A stretch of 55,990 nt of DNA, from the NCBI GenBank assembly GCA_964236185.1, contig CAXSEW010000001.1, forward strand, positions 1 through 55,990. Direction: 5' to 3'. This stretch comes from an uncultured Nakamurella sp. GTDB lineage: Bacteria; Actinomycetota; Actinomycetes; Mycobacteriales; Nakamurellaceae. The translations under genes and the position numbers were made by a program. This document shows positions 9,801 through 18,165 of this stretch, one piece after another; positions within the stretch are counted from its first letter, which is position 1, and each line of letters opens with the position of its first letter. The notes below the pieces were generated by a model that ran no database searches, had not been told where the DNA came from, and saw only the letters and a list, made by a program, of their open reading frames with translations.

Positions 9801-10488
9801 CGTGTACCTCGCCATCCACCGGGAGGTCGACGCGGACCAGTTCGCCGGCGATCTGTGGCCGACCGGGGACACACCTACCGGTGACAACCGCCGCTCCTAC
9901 GTCTCGCGGGTCCGTTCCTGGATGGGCACCGATCCGCAGGACGGCCGCAACTACCTGCCAACGGCCCGACTCAAGCCGTACCGCCTGGAGCGGCTACTGG
10001 ACATCGAGCTGTTCCGGCGCCTGCGCAAACGGGCCGACGCGTACCTCAACGCCGACAACCGCAACCGGGCCATGACCGACCTGTGCAGCGCGCTGGATCT
10101 GGTCCGCGGCCCGGTTCTGGAAAATCACCCACGCACCGGCTACGCCTGGTCGACGACCAACGACGAAGCCGACCTCAAAGACGCCAACCTGATGATGCTG
10201 GAAACGGCGCACCTGCTGGTCGACCTCGCGCTGGCCGACGGCGACATCGACTTGGCCCGCCAGGCCGCCGACGTCGGGTACCGCGTGGACCACAAGGCAG
10301 ACATCCCGCTGGTCGACCACATGCGCATCGCACACCAGGTCGGCGACGACCAGAAGGCTCGCGGCTGGCTGGCGGCGCTGTTACAGGCCAACGAGATCGA
10401 ACTGGCCGAGGACCTGCCCAACTACAAAACCTTCGAGGCGGTCAACGAGGTATTCCCCAACGGACTACCGACCGCCGCCAACAACTGA
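6829..10488 (+). CDS. Large membrane protein with LysM domains and a C-terminal BTAD/SARP-like region
   Basis: ATG at 6829 overlaps the previous stop. N-terminal TMs; LysM motifs (TWWDLAEHYLGAGDRWQQLWNLN, VRAGDTLSEIA, VQPGDTLSEIA); Pro/Thr linker; internal TM; C-terminal RIGVLG...SRVRSWMG...ALDLVRGP. Confidence 0.8.
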   Translation: MTMRWLRALFAFLVSIALLVGIPILLLKVVGNPWSGVHEMFTAGNMTDQGVLDVLAVIALGAAAVVWLQFTAAFIAEFASVRRAVKYGRRPARPRHLPLVLTSQSRLAHSLVTALLLIGPALFSAVGPGVTAAFAAAPAPAATSSATAGVTSHAAVDHGHPATSTPVATAEKTPAKASTTPVTVTSSGPRTWWDLAEHYLGAGDRWQQLWNLNQGQTQPDGTVMSSPNATLRPGWTVSVPAAAAAAHAADPPAAHAAPPADPPAAHAAPPARVVVRAGDTLSEIAQDELGDADLYPQLAQANHIADPDDLEVGQTLTIPGTLIDQAADSPGSTTAAGVRAVHVQPGDTLSEIAQREMGSADLYHQLAAANHITDPDDIDAGAVLVIPTPATSTATPTAHTTTPTTHPATPTGYTTPPRTMNHNPPHLTPAPGHSATPTHSSSTSSAATPTNAAAPPGAIGQNTRQPPAPTRPTSAPQHPTTATAQPAAAASDSAFAEIVGGIGGGLGAVLLAGIAVARRRKGRKRPTGEVPRPVSLPATRVERHLRERAGGADVAWMDTALRSAAALCADRPADQLPDVTAVWLSKQELQLQLATAVPAPEPFIAEGTDWVLPTGTELSDRTETASPFPALVSLGESDGETFLVDLERIGALTVTGDKQHTADLLRHIAVEYGHSLWSDHLQVYLVGWGQSVVALRPDRLSYAPSISDIVTMLKGRLREVHEVQAEGAITVLQSRISDQHTVEDPWTPTILLIDAHAAEDLEPLAEVLRGLSGAGRSAVAVVTRTEQVVAGSATAHIEPDGQLQLPAVLSNQLRVQAAGLTQAALDELLELFAAAGQFSKPGPVSDTTETWSSDMSVMGSLLAPSTTAAVADPGHVAEPPPATAVADEDSTDKQTDADRDDETAEVDHAGQVVPLRPALAEEQQVLAKVLSDDSDLDADVDEWWINAPDDVDPDADKTWVRRPRIGVLGTPLVLTRGKKPADRINRFTEMAVYLAIHREVDADQFAGDLWPTGDTPTGDNRRSYVSRVRSWMGTDPQDGRNYLPTARLKPYRLERLLDIELFRRLRKRADAYLNADNRNRAMTDLCSALDLVRGPVLENHPRTGYAWSTTNDEADLKDANLMMLETAHLLVDLALADGDIDLARQAADVGYRVDHKADIPLVDHMRIAHQVGDDQKARGWLAALLQANEIELAEDLPNYKTFEAVNEVFPNGLPTAANN
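7571..7641 (+). repeat. 33-bp tandem duplication inside the LysM gene linker
   Basis: CGGCCGACCCCCCCGCCGCGCATGCGGCCCCAC at 7571-7603 and 7604-7636; in-frame (ADPPAAHAAPP x2). Confidence 0.9.
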
Positions 10489-10691
10489 CCCGAAGGCACT
10501 GGCCGGTCCGGTTCAGATTGGACAGAAACCGCGCGCGCCGGCGCTGCAAGGCAAAGACCCCGCGCGCCGAAATGACGACGTCTAGCACCCGACCAGCGAA
10601 ATACCGTATTGCCATATTCACCCAGGAGGTGGAGACCGGAAACGATGCAGGTAGCCACGCGTCTCCCCTCTTCAGCGAAAGTCGGTCCTCG

Positions 10692-11078
10692 ATGCACCCA
10701 GTCACCGCCCACTCGGCCGCTACCGGCGTCGTCAGCGAGATCGCAGCAGTACGACACCAACTGCTGGGGCCGGACGGCGGCGACCCGGCGCTCTCGCCGC
10801 CACTTGGCCCGGAGGACGACACCCTGGAGATGTGCGCCGCGGCGTACACGCTGCCAGACGGATTCCGAGAGAAGAACAACGCAGGGATCCCTCTGGCCTG
10901 GGCATGGCCCTCGTCGACCTTCGACATGACGCTGACCCGCCGCGAAGAGCTCCTCCAGGCCGCCGCGATGATCGCCGCCGCCATCGAACGGCTGGACCGG
11001 CAGGCCGCCGCCCGCGACAACACTGCCCGACGGCCACCGCTGCAAGTCGTCCCCGACCGAATTGGACAGAAACGGTGA
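10692..11078 (+). CDS. Phage-like hypothetical protein
   Basis: Pattern LEMCAAAYTL...AWAWP...RREELLQAAAMIAAAIERLDR recalls a widespread small phage protein family. Start uncertain (10572 or 10692). Confidence 0.55.
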   Translation: MHPVTAHSAATGVVSEIAAVRHQLLGPDGGDPALSPPLGPEDDTLEMCAAAYTLPDGFREKNNAGIPLAWAWPSSTFDMTLTRREELLQAAAMIAAAIERLDRQAAARDNTARRPPLQVVPDRIGQKR

Positions 11079-11497
11079 CCACTCGGTGCACGCTGCAGGT
11101 GCTCATCCCGGAGCCGATGTCGGGTCGGGTTCTCATCGCCTGGCACCGCCCGACCCGCAGCTGGACCTTGCCCGCCGGCGAACTGCTCGAGGGCGAGGAC
11201 ATGACGTCCGCGGCCCATCGGATCGTCACCGATGCCGTCTCTCTCGGCGTCCAGATCGGCTGGGTCGCCGATATTGCGGTTGATCCGGCCGGCGTGCGCG
11301 TCCTCATCCCAGGCCGCCACGTGACCGGCCGCCCAGCGGCTCGAGGTTCGTACACCAGGTGCGCCTGGGCCGACCGCGATCAACTACCGCAGCTGCTGCC
11401 GCCCTCTCAGATGCGTCAGATCCTCACGGCAACTCGACGGCCGTGGAGCTTCCAAGCCGACCATCATCAGGGATCGGAAACCGGCAATGCTTCTTAA
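11075..11497 (+). CDS. NUDIX-fold protein with a degenerate Nudix box
   Basis: GRVLI...WTLPAGELLEGEDMTSAAHRIVTDAVSL; GTG start overlaps the previous stop. Confidence 0.6.
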   Translation: MTTRCTLQVLIPEPMSGRVLIAWHRPTRSWTLPAGELLEGEDMTSAAHRIVTDAVSLGVQIGWVADIAVDPAGVRVLIPGRHVTGRPAARGSYTRCAWADRDQLPQLLPPSQMRQILTATRRPWSFQADHHQGSETGNAS

Positions 11498-11990
11498 GCA
11501 ACCCATTCCAGCCCAATCCCCGTGGCGGCGTCTCGGCTGGGCGCTGATTCCCCTCGCTATCGCCGCCACAGTCACCTTCGGGCTCCTGTCCAAGTCGGTA
11601 GATCACCACACTCCTGCTGACACCCACATCACCGGAGTGGTGATCGCCAACGACGTCGACGTCTCATGTCCAATCGTCGACGGCATGGGTGCGGTGTTAT
11701 CCGACGAAGGCGCCTGCGCGGCCGCGGTCGTCGAGGTCACCAGCTCCTCGGATCCGGTTCGTATCGCCGTCGGCTCCAACCGGACTGTCACCGACGGCAG
11801 CCCATGGGTCGATGGCGCCGCTTACACCGGCCGAGTGCCGTATCCCAACAGCTCGGCGTACTTCCAGTTCGGCGCAGGCCTGTGCTTCTGCGTGGCTCTG
11901 CTTCTGTTCGTCATCTTGATCACCAGTTCGTCCCGGCGCGGGTCCGGGCCATCGTCGCCGGCTCCTCGCCCGCTTGAGGAGCGGCCGTGA
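11487..11990 (+). CDS. Membrane protein (two TM segments, Cys pair in the loop)
   Basis: Hydrophobic segments at both ends; overlaps its neighbours in an operon-like manner. Confidence 0.6.
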   Translation: MLLKQPIPAQSPWRRLGWALIPLAIAATVTFGLLSKSVDHHTPADTHITGVVIANDVDVSCPIVDGMGAVLSDEGACAAAVVEVTSSSDPVRIAVGSNRTVTDGSPWVDGAAYTGRVPYPNSSAYFQFGAGLCFCVALLLFVILITSSSRRGSGPSSPAPRPLEERP

Positions 11991-12211
11991 GTAGACGGAC
12001 TCCACTCCAACGACTGAGCCGCGCCGGCCATGACTGCGACATGTCCAGGTGGATAGGGCAACCGAGCAACACCATGGTGGTCTGCGCCTCGCTGCGCTGC
12101 CGTCAACGGTGGGTACAGCGGCCAGCTGGATGGGTGCCGCTGCGCTGGTACCACCTCGCCGCACGCTGGCGCTACGGGCTGACACTGAGCAGTGCGGGCC
12201 CAATCCGCTAG
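11987..12211 (+). CDS. Small Cys/Trp-rich hypothetical protein
   Basis: RBS GAGGAG and GTGA overlap with the upstream gene; HDC...VVC...RC...W pattern. Confidence 0.45.
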   Translation: MSRRTPLQRLSRAGHDCDMSRWIGQPSNTMVVCASLRCRQRWVQRPAGWVPLRWYHLAARWRYGLTLSSAGPIR

Positions 12212-12220
12212 CGCACCCAG

Positions 12221-12460
12221 TCAGGTCCGGCGTATCGCCCGGTGTACGTCATGACTGGCCAGCCACAGGTACTGCGGGTCCAGTCCGTCCCGTTCCTGCA
12301 GCTTGATCATCACGTGTGTCGAGGTCCAGCGGACGGCCCGTGCTGGTCGGAGCTCCTCGGTCCCGTCGAGCAATACCAGTCGCGCGATGACGGAGTAGGA
12401 CGGTCCAGGCAGCTTCACCGGGATGTCCTTCGGGAGGTTTTCATTCATGAACCGATCCAT
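12221..12460 (-). CDS. Small hypothetical protein
   Basis: C-terminal 79 aa of a long shadow ORF looks globular (RPARAVRWTSTHV...YLWLASHDV). Start uncertain. Confidence 0.5.
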   Translation of the reverse strand: MDRFMNENLPKDIPVKLPGPSYSVIARLVLLDGTEELRPARAVRWTSTHVMIKLQERDGLDPQYLWLASHDVHRAIRRT

Positions 12461-12649
12461 GCGTTGCAGCCTATCGAACGCGTGTTCGAGCGCGCCGAGA
12501 CTCAGAGATCGGCGAGCTCTGACATCAGGTCGTGAGGACCTGAGCCTTACTGCAAAGGTCGAGGGCGTGAGCAGCTGGGTCAGTGAAGGCGCCGGCGTCG
12601 CCTCAGAACCGTCAGCCGTTGATCCGCGTCCGGCATACGGTGCGCTCAT

Positions 12650-13540
12650 GTGGCCGGACGTAGCTTCTCCCTGGTGAGCGGGGACAAAGACAGCGGCGGA
12701 GAACCTGACAACACGCCGCAGCACGCTGATGTGGATGATCATGCAGCTGAAGTGGGCAGGTGGCGGCAGCGGTCGATCCAGCGGAATCAGAAAGCCAAGC
12801 GACCGTTCTGGGTCGAGTTGCCCATCCTGGTGGTCGTAGCGTTCGCATTGACCTTCGTCATCCAGACCTTCGTGGCCAAGGTGTATTACGTGCCGTCCGG
12901 CTCGATGGAGAAGACCATCCATGGGGTTCCACGCGGGGGTGACCGCATCCTTGCCAGCAAGATCGTCTACGACTTCCGCGACCCGCGACAGGGAGATGTG
13001 GTGGTCTTCAAGGGGCCGGATACCTGGGCTGCTGAGGCGGATGTGCCGGGACCTAGCACCTGGTTCGGCAAGGCGTTGTCGGCTGTCGGTTCGGTCGTCG
13101 GGATTGCCCCGCCGAATGAGAAGGACTTCGTCAAACGCGTCATTGCCGTCGGCGGACAGACCGTCGCCTGCTGCGACGCCAAGGGCAACGTCACCGTCGA
13201 TGGAAGACCATTGAACGAGCCGTACATCTACGAGCCGCTGCCGTTCGATCCGGGCGTGGCCGACTGTCAGGTCGGCGGGACCGACCCGGATCACTATGGA
13301 TCCAGGCGCTGCTTCGCGCCCGTCAAAGTCCCTGCAGATCAACTGTGGGTGATGGGTGATCACCGAAGCGATTCCGATGACTCTTCCTTCAACTGCCTGC
13401 AGCTGAAACCGACGGCGGCACCGACCGCTTGCGGACGACCGATCCCCGTCTCCGACGTCATCGGCAAAGCGATCTTCATCGTGGCGCCAATCTCGCGGTG
13501 GCACACCATCGGCAACCCTGACATCGAACCGCAGGGGTGA
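12650..13540 (+). CDS. lepB: Signal peptidase I
   Basis: TM followed by YYVPSGSMEKT (catalytic Ser), GDVVVF, FVKRVIAVGG (catalytic Lys) and VMGDHRSDSDDS. Start may be the GTG at 12674. Confidence 0.93.
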   Translation: MAGRSFSLVSGDKDSGGEPDNTPQHADVDDHAAEVGRWRQRSIQRNQKAKRPFWVELPILVVVAFALTFVIQTFVAKVYYVPSGSMEKTIHGVPRGGDRILASKIVYDFRDPRQGDVVVFKGPDTWAAEADVPGPSTWFGKALSAVGSVVGIAPPNEKDFVKRVIAVGGQTVACCDAKGNVTVDGRPLNEPYIYEPLPFDPGVADCQVGGTDPDHYGSRRCFAPVKVPADQLWVMGDHRSDSDDSSFNCLQLKPTAAPTACGRPIPVSDVIGKAIFIVAPISRWHTIGNPDIEPQG

Positions 13541-13729
13541 CCCCGCCACTCGCCCCGAAGTAGGTGAGGGATGCCCGCACCTCACGTCCGCAGACCTCGA
13601 CGGTTCGGCGGCGATTCCATCCGGCTGTGTCGACACGTTTGGACGCGGACTGAAGACGGGGACACGCGTTACGGACGCTCGCATCACTAACCAGCGTTTG
13701 CTTGCGTGTTGCTTTAGTCGACACGAGCG

Positions 13730-14764
13730 CTATGCGGGCGTGCTGAGGTCAAAGCCCGGCGCCGCGGCGGCGGCGGCCAACTGGTCGAGGGTGAGGACCG
13801 GGTCGCCGGTGTTCTGTAGTTGGTCGACTTGGATGCGGCTGCCGTCCGGGCGGTATACGAGCACGGTAAATGCGGCGAGGCCGGCCTGGCCTCCAGCCGT
13901 CGACGCGACCATGTCGGCGTTGCTTGTGAACACGCCCTGACCGCGGTCGATGATGGTCCCGCCCGCCTGAATGGTCCGCGTCCCGGAACGCCCGTCGCCG
14001 GTATCGAAACAGTCCCGCACGGCGGTCGGCGAGCGCATCACGCTGACCTGTAGAGAGCTCTGACCGTGAGCCGAGGTCAGTTCGGCGTCAGCTTGGGCGA
14101 CCTTCACGACCAGGGTCGAACCCGGTACTACCTGACCACCCCCTCTGAACTGCAGGTCGTGTCCGGCGGCGGTATTCGGTGTGTTGTTGTCGATCGAGAC
14201 ACCCTGCGGTAGAGCGCCCCGGAAAACCGCGGCGAGCTGCCGTCCCTTCGCGGCGGAGTACCAGTTTGGGGTGGAACCGTCGGCCGACGTGCTGGACGTC
14301 GCTGATCTGGAAGCCGGCGGGTCGACTGCCGGTGAGTACGGCGGGCGAGCGGTGGGGGCTGCAGCCGCGCTAGATACGGCGGTTGACGTGGCGGCTCGGT
14401 CTAATCCGGTTGTCGGGCTCCCGGACGCCCCTGAAATCGGCGGCTGCAGTCGTGCCCGAGACGCGGTACCGGCCGACGTAGGTGTGGCGGGGCAAGCTGG
14501 TAGTGGAACAGATTCGACGATCTGCGCCGTTTGCGGCTGTGGCGAGCGGTGACCGACTGTGGCCGTCACGGCGATGACGGCGACCGCGGCTGCCGCGGCC
14601 ACCAACGGCACCACTCGCCGGAGCGAACGCTGTGTTGGGCGCAGGTTTGTGGCCAACATCCGCTGACGGTGCGTCGCCCAGGCCGCTGGATCGGTTGCCG
14701 TCTCGTCAGCCTTGCTGTGCAGGGCTGCTGCAACTCGACTCTCGAGTTCATCCACGAAGATCAT
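13730..14764 (-). CDS. Single-pass membrane protein, probable anti-sigma factor
   Basis: Overlaps the ECF sigma stop. DELESRVAAALH N-terminus, TM, Ser/Thr linker, C-terminal YRPDG...LTLDQLAAAA. Confidence 0.7.
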   Translation of the reverse strand: MIFVDELESRVAAALHSKADETATDPAAWATHRQRMLATNLRPTQRSLRRVVPLVAAAAAVAVIAVTATVGHRSPQPQTAQIVESVPLPACPATPTSAGTASRARLQPPISGASGSPTTGLDRAATSTAVSSAAAAPTARPPYSPAVDPPASRSATSSTSADGSTPNWYSAAKGRQLAAVFRGALPQGVSIDNNTPNTAAGHDLQFRGGGQVVPGSTLVVKVAQADAELTSAHGQSSLQVSVMRSPTAVRDCFDTGDGRSGTRTIQAGGTIIDRGQGVFTSNADMVASTAGGQAGLAAFTVLVYRPDGSRIQVDQLQNTGDPVLTLDQLAAAAAAPGFDLSTPA

Positions 14765-15278
14765 CTGCGCTTTCCAGGTCGCCCAGGGCGGTGCGGAGGG
14801 CCGCCAACCCACGGGAGAGGGTTGATTTGACGGTGCCGACCGAGGTGCTCATTGCGACGGCCATTTCAGCCTCGGAGAGGTCCAGCCAGTAGCGGAGTAT
14901 TAGTGCCTCGCGGCGCCGGGACGGAAGGGCGGCGATCGCGGTCAGGACGAGGGCATGTTCGGCGCGTTCGGCCGCGGTCTCCTCGGCGCTCGCAGCCGGT
15001 GGCAGGTGGTGGGTTTGATGCCGCCGCACCACCTTCAGGTGACGATGCCGCGACCGCACCAGATTGACCACGATGGTCCGGAGGTAGCCGGCCGGGGACT
15101 CGCCGTCACGGATCCGGTGCCAATGGTCGTGGAGCCGAGCAAACGCCTCCTGTACAACACTTTCCGGGTCATCGTCGCCGAGCAGAGCGGCCAGTCGGGT
15201 CATCGGCGCGACCTCGGTGCGGAACAACTGCTCATAGGCAGGGTCGTCGATAAGTCGGGCCACCCTGGCGCTCCTCAC
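14748..15278 (-). CDS. ECF sigma factor (SigE-like)
   Basis: Region 2 (ESVVQEAFARL, YLRTIVVNL) and region 4 (LPSRRREALILRYWLDLSEAEMA...GTVKSTLSRGL). Confidence 0.92.
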   Translation of the reverse strand: MRSARVARLIDDPAYEQLFRTEVAPMTRLAALLGDDDPESVVQEAFARLHDHWHRIRDGESPAGYLRTIVVNLVRSRHRHLKVVRRHQTHHLPPAASAEETAAERAEHALVLTAIAALPSRRREALILRYWLDLSEAEMAVAMSTSVGTVKSTLSRGLAALRTALGDLESADDLRG

Positions 15279-15490
15279 CTCGTACTGTCGTCATCACGCA
15301 CCCCAATGCGCGGCTGCCCCTCAAGGTTGCTTGCCCGAGGAGATGACTTGCGCTCCTGGGCCCGCCGGCTGATGCCCAACAACAACTGTTTGATCAGGAG
15401 CGGCGTCATCGTCCGTTAGAGATCCTTCGACAGCGCCGCCGGATCGCAGCATTCGAACTGGTCGACCAAACGAAGAGTGGGCGGGCTATT

Positions 15491-16339
15491 TCACGAAGCC
15501 CTAGCTCGGTCCTGGGCGCTGAATCCTCGCCACACCGCGTGCGCCAGGTGATGGTCGCCGGGTCGGGCGGTAGGCACAAACCGGCGCTTAGCAACCATGT
15601 CGACGTGGTCCTCAGCGGGCCGCAGCTGAATCACCGTGCCTTCGGGCACCATGTACGGCTCGCTCATGTCGAGCCCATGCTCGAGTCCGATCCGGCGTAG
15701 CCAGCCTGGGTTCGACGCCCACCACAGCCCGCCTTCGATGTCATGAGCAATCGCCAGTGGAGACAGCGCCGCTCGAGCAAGAAACAGGTCGTCGGCTCGC
15801 CCCATGTGGATCCAGGCCAGCGCCGCGCGACCGCGGACGCCAGTGAGGACGGCGGCGGCCGCGGCCACCGTGCCCGCTCGACCGAGCTGGTCGAACAGCC
15901 ATGCACTGTCAGTCGTCCTGGTCCCCAGATCAAAACCTCGGGGCACGGTGACGTCGCCGTTGTGGGTACCCAGGAGCTGCCCAACGAGCATGGGAGAGCA
16001 GTTGGACAGATCCACTTCGCCCTGGGTTGCCCAGCGCGTGTGACCCAGCACCAGGCTCGCCGACTGAAGGGATGCGCCGACTCGCCGCGCGGCCGGGATG
16101 CCGGTGGAGAACGGGCCCATTGCTGTGATGATCCGAGCACGGACAACCGTCCGGTCAACGAGGTGATCAGTGGATCGGGTCTGTCTGGCCGGGACCCGGT
16201 CGTGCACCGTGGCGACACCGGCGGAGTCGCTGCCACGCTCCTCGGCGATCGTTCCCAGGTTCATCAGGGCGGCCGCGGCCGCCCGCCGGCCGCCGGCCGA
16301 GTAGGCCTTCGGCCGCAGGTTTCCGAAGATGCCGCACAT
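15491..16339 (-). CDS. Class II glutamine amidotransferase (Ntn hydrolase), stand-alone
   Basis: MCGIFG N-terminal nucleophile Cys, RGSDSAG, GHTRWATQG, THNG and TDS; strong RBS. Confidence 0.88.
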   Translation of the reverse strand: MCGIFGNLRPKAYSAGGRRAAAAALMNLGTIAEERGSDSAGVATVHDRVPARQTRSTDHLVDRTVVRARIITAMGPFSTGIPAARRVGASLQSASLVLGHTRWATQGEVDLSNCSPMLVGQLLGTHNGDVTVPRGFDLGTRTTDSAWLFDQLGRAGTVAAAAAVLTGVRGRAALAWIHMGRADDLFLARAALSPLAIAHDIEGGLWWASNPGWLRRIGLEHGLDMSEPYMVPEGTVIQLRPAEDHVDMVAKRRFVPTARPGDHHLAHAVWRGFSAQDRARAS

Positions 16340-16358
16340 CGTTTTGCTTCCTTCCTCG

Positions 16359-16772
16359 TCAGCTGTTGGCCCACCGGCCGGAGAAAATCGGCTGGAGGGT
16401 GGGGATGTCGATGCGGGGACCGGCTAGGTAGATCCAGGCCTGCTGCTGTGCCAGCCGATCGGAGTCGGCGAACTGGACAGTTCGCAAGGTGCGTACGTAA
16501 TGCGAGTCGGCTACTGCCGCAGGCTGGTAGCCCTCGAGCTGATCCAGCACGCGAATGGTGGCCAGGTAAGAGTCGCCTCGCAGTTCGATGAGGAAGCCGT
16601 ACGTCCGCCGTCCGTCCGTGGGAGCGGCATAGGGCAGCGAGCTGCTGCGGTACAGCCCGACGCCGTCGGCCACTGCAGGTGTGTGACCGGCGATGCGGCC
16701 GCCGAGGCAGCTCGTGTGATTGGGGTGTCCGGGCATGAGCGTGCCGTAGACAAAGACAGGTCGATGGCTCAT
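16359..16772 (-). CDS. Gamma-glutamylcyclotransferase (AIG2-like)
   Basis: VFVYGTLMPG, LDQLEGY, YVR and AWIY motifs. Confidence 0.88.
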   Translation of the reverse strand: MSHRPVFVYGTLMPGHPNHTSCLGGRIAGHTPAVADGVGLYRSSSLPYAAPTDGRRTYGFLIELRGDSYLATIRVLDQLEGYQPAAVADSHYVRTLRTVQFADSDRLAQQQAWIYLAGPRIDIPTLQPIFSGRWANS

Positions 16773-16779
16773 CGCATCC

Positions 16780-16840
16780 TCCTCACAAGTGTATTACCAG
16801 TATACCAGTAAACAGGATATATGGGTAACTGGTTATGCTC
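16780..16840. promoter_or_regulatory. AT-rich divergent promoter region with TACCAGTA direct repeats
   Basis: TATTACCAGTATACCAGTAAAC...GGTAACTGGTTA between divergent genes. Confidence 0.4.
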
Positions 16841-16962
16841 ACCCGACGGAGGGGGTCCACGATGAGCTGGCTCACGCGGTCGTCCTCCTTCCTCAAACAG
16901 GGATGAAGGGGTCCCGGCCGACGGGCCAAGACATCAACACCACCAGGAACGGACAGGCCGGT

Positions 16963-17901
16963 ATGGGCGACATCGGCAACCGCACCAGTTCTACCGTTCA
17001 AGCCAGCGCTGTCCCCGGATTTGGGGCCATCGGAACCGGACGGGCAGTCGTCTTGCTCGAATCGGTCTCTCGCATGGACGTGCCGGTACTGATCGCCGAA
17101 GGACCGGCTCTTCCAGGAACGGGCCTCGCCGGCGCGACCGTCGACTACCGCCTGCAGATGGCCCAGATAGCCGGCATGGCCTCAACCCTTGATCTACGCG
17201 GCGGCCCTGTCTTGGCCGGCTGGTCGGCTCGGCGCCGGGCCGCGCAGCGTGTGGAGATCAGCGCAGGATCGGAAGTTTTCATCACCACCAAGGGATACCT
17301 GCCGCCTCGGTGGATCGAACTGGCCGCCGAGCTTGGTGAGATCGTCGTGGTCTACGGCGTCGGCGTACTCACCTCCGGCCAAGCGCCGGACCGGTCGGCG
17401 TTCACCGCCGGCCGCGCGGTCGCTGCCCGCCTTCAGTGGACCGGCGAGGTTGGCCAGAAGCCGGGCTACCACCTCCTCGATCTTCGCCCAGCAGGACTGA
17501 CCCTGCCCGTCTTCTCCTTTCCAGCTGACGAGCTACGGGCTCGGGGCCAGCTTGAGAACTGGGGATTCGAGCATCTGGGCCGCCGCGATCCGGCCCAGCC
17601 GTTGCCAATGTCTCACCGGCTCGTCGTCGGATTGCACGCCGGCCCCGGCGACGTCGACGTCTTCGACGTAGGCGAAGCCGGAGTAGACCAGTTCCGGACC
17701 GAACTCGTCCCTGTCGTCGGCTTGAAAGGAACTACCCGGCCAGAATGGACCGACACGCTCGCGGCCCAGTACGGCCGATACCTGCTACTGGCGACCACCA
17801 TGAGCGCCTCCACCACGCAGCCCGGCGACCTGCTACTAAGCAGCTGGTGCGTCACCGCCCGCGTCCTCGCCGCCCCAACGCCTCCAGCTCGTTGGACATA
17901 A
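16963..17901 (+). CDS. Hypothetical protein
   Basis: Long ORF with GC-rich third positions; no motif recognised. Start uncertain. Confidence 0.6.
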   Translation: MGDIGNRTSSTVQASAVPGFGAIGTGRAVVLLESVSRMDVPVLIAEGPALPGTGLAGATVDYRLQMAQIAGMASTLDLRGGPVLAGWSARRRAAQRVEISAGSEVFITTKGYLPPRWIELAAELGEIVVVYGVGVLTSGQAPDRSAFTAGRAVAARLQWTGEVGQKPGYHLLDLRPAGLTLPVFSFPADELRARGQLENWGFEHLGRRDPAQPLPMSHRLVVGLHAGPGDVDVFDVGEAGVDQFRTELVPVVGLKGTTRPEWTDTLAAQYGRYLLLATTMSASTTQPGDLLLSSWCVTARVLAAPTPPARWT

Positions 17902-18165
17902 GCGCACGGAGGTCGTCGTGACCCCACGCAGCCAACTCTCGGGTGCCGTCGCCCGGCCCGTAAGCCGGCGGTAGCCAAGGCGCAGGAAGTCAATTCGCTA
18001 GCCCGCGGCGGTGGGCCGAATCGGTCCACTTGACACCCGATCGACACGTCCGTTGATCTCCTAGCCGTCAGTGCGGCCAAGTTGGACAGAACTCGGGTTC
18101 CAACCGGACATCATTGACCCCGGCCGATCGCCACCGCGGCGATCGACAGACTCAGGTCGGCCTGA

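Noticed and set aside
12461-13687. 488-aa minus-strand ORF
   Set aside because: Antisense shadow of lepB; only the last ~80 codons look like a real gene.
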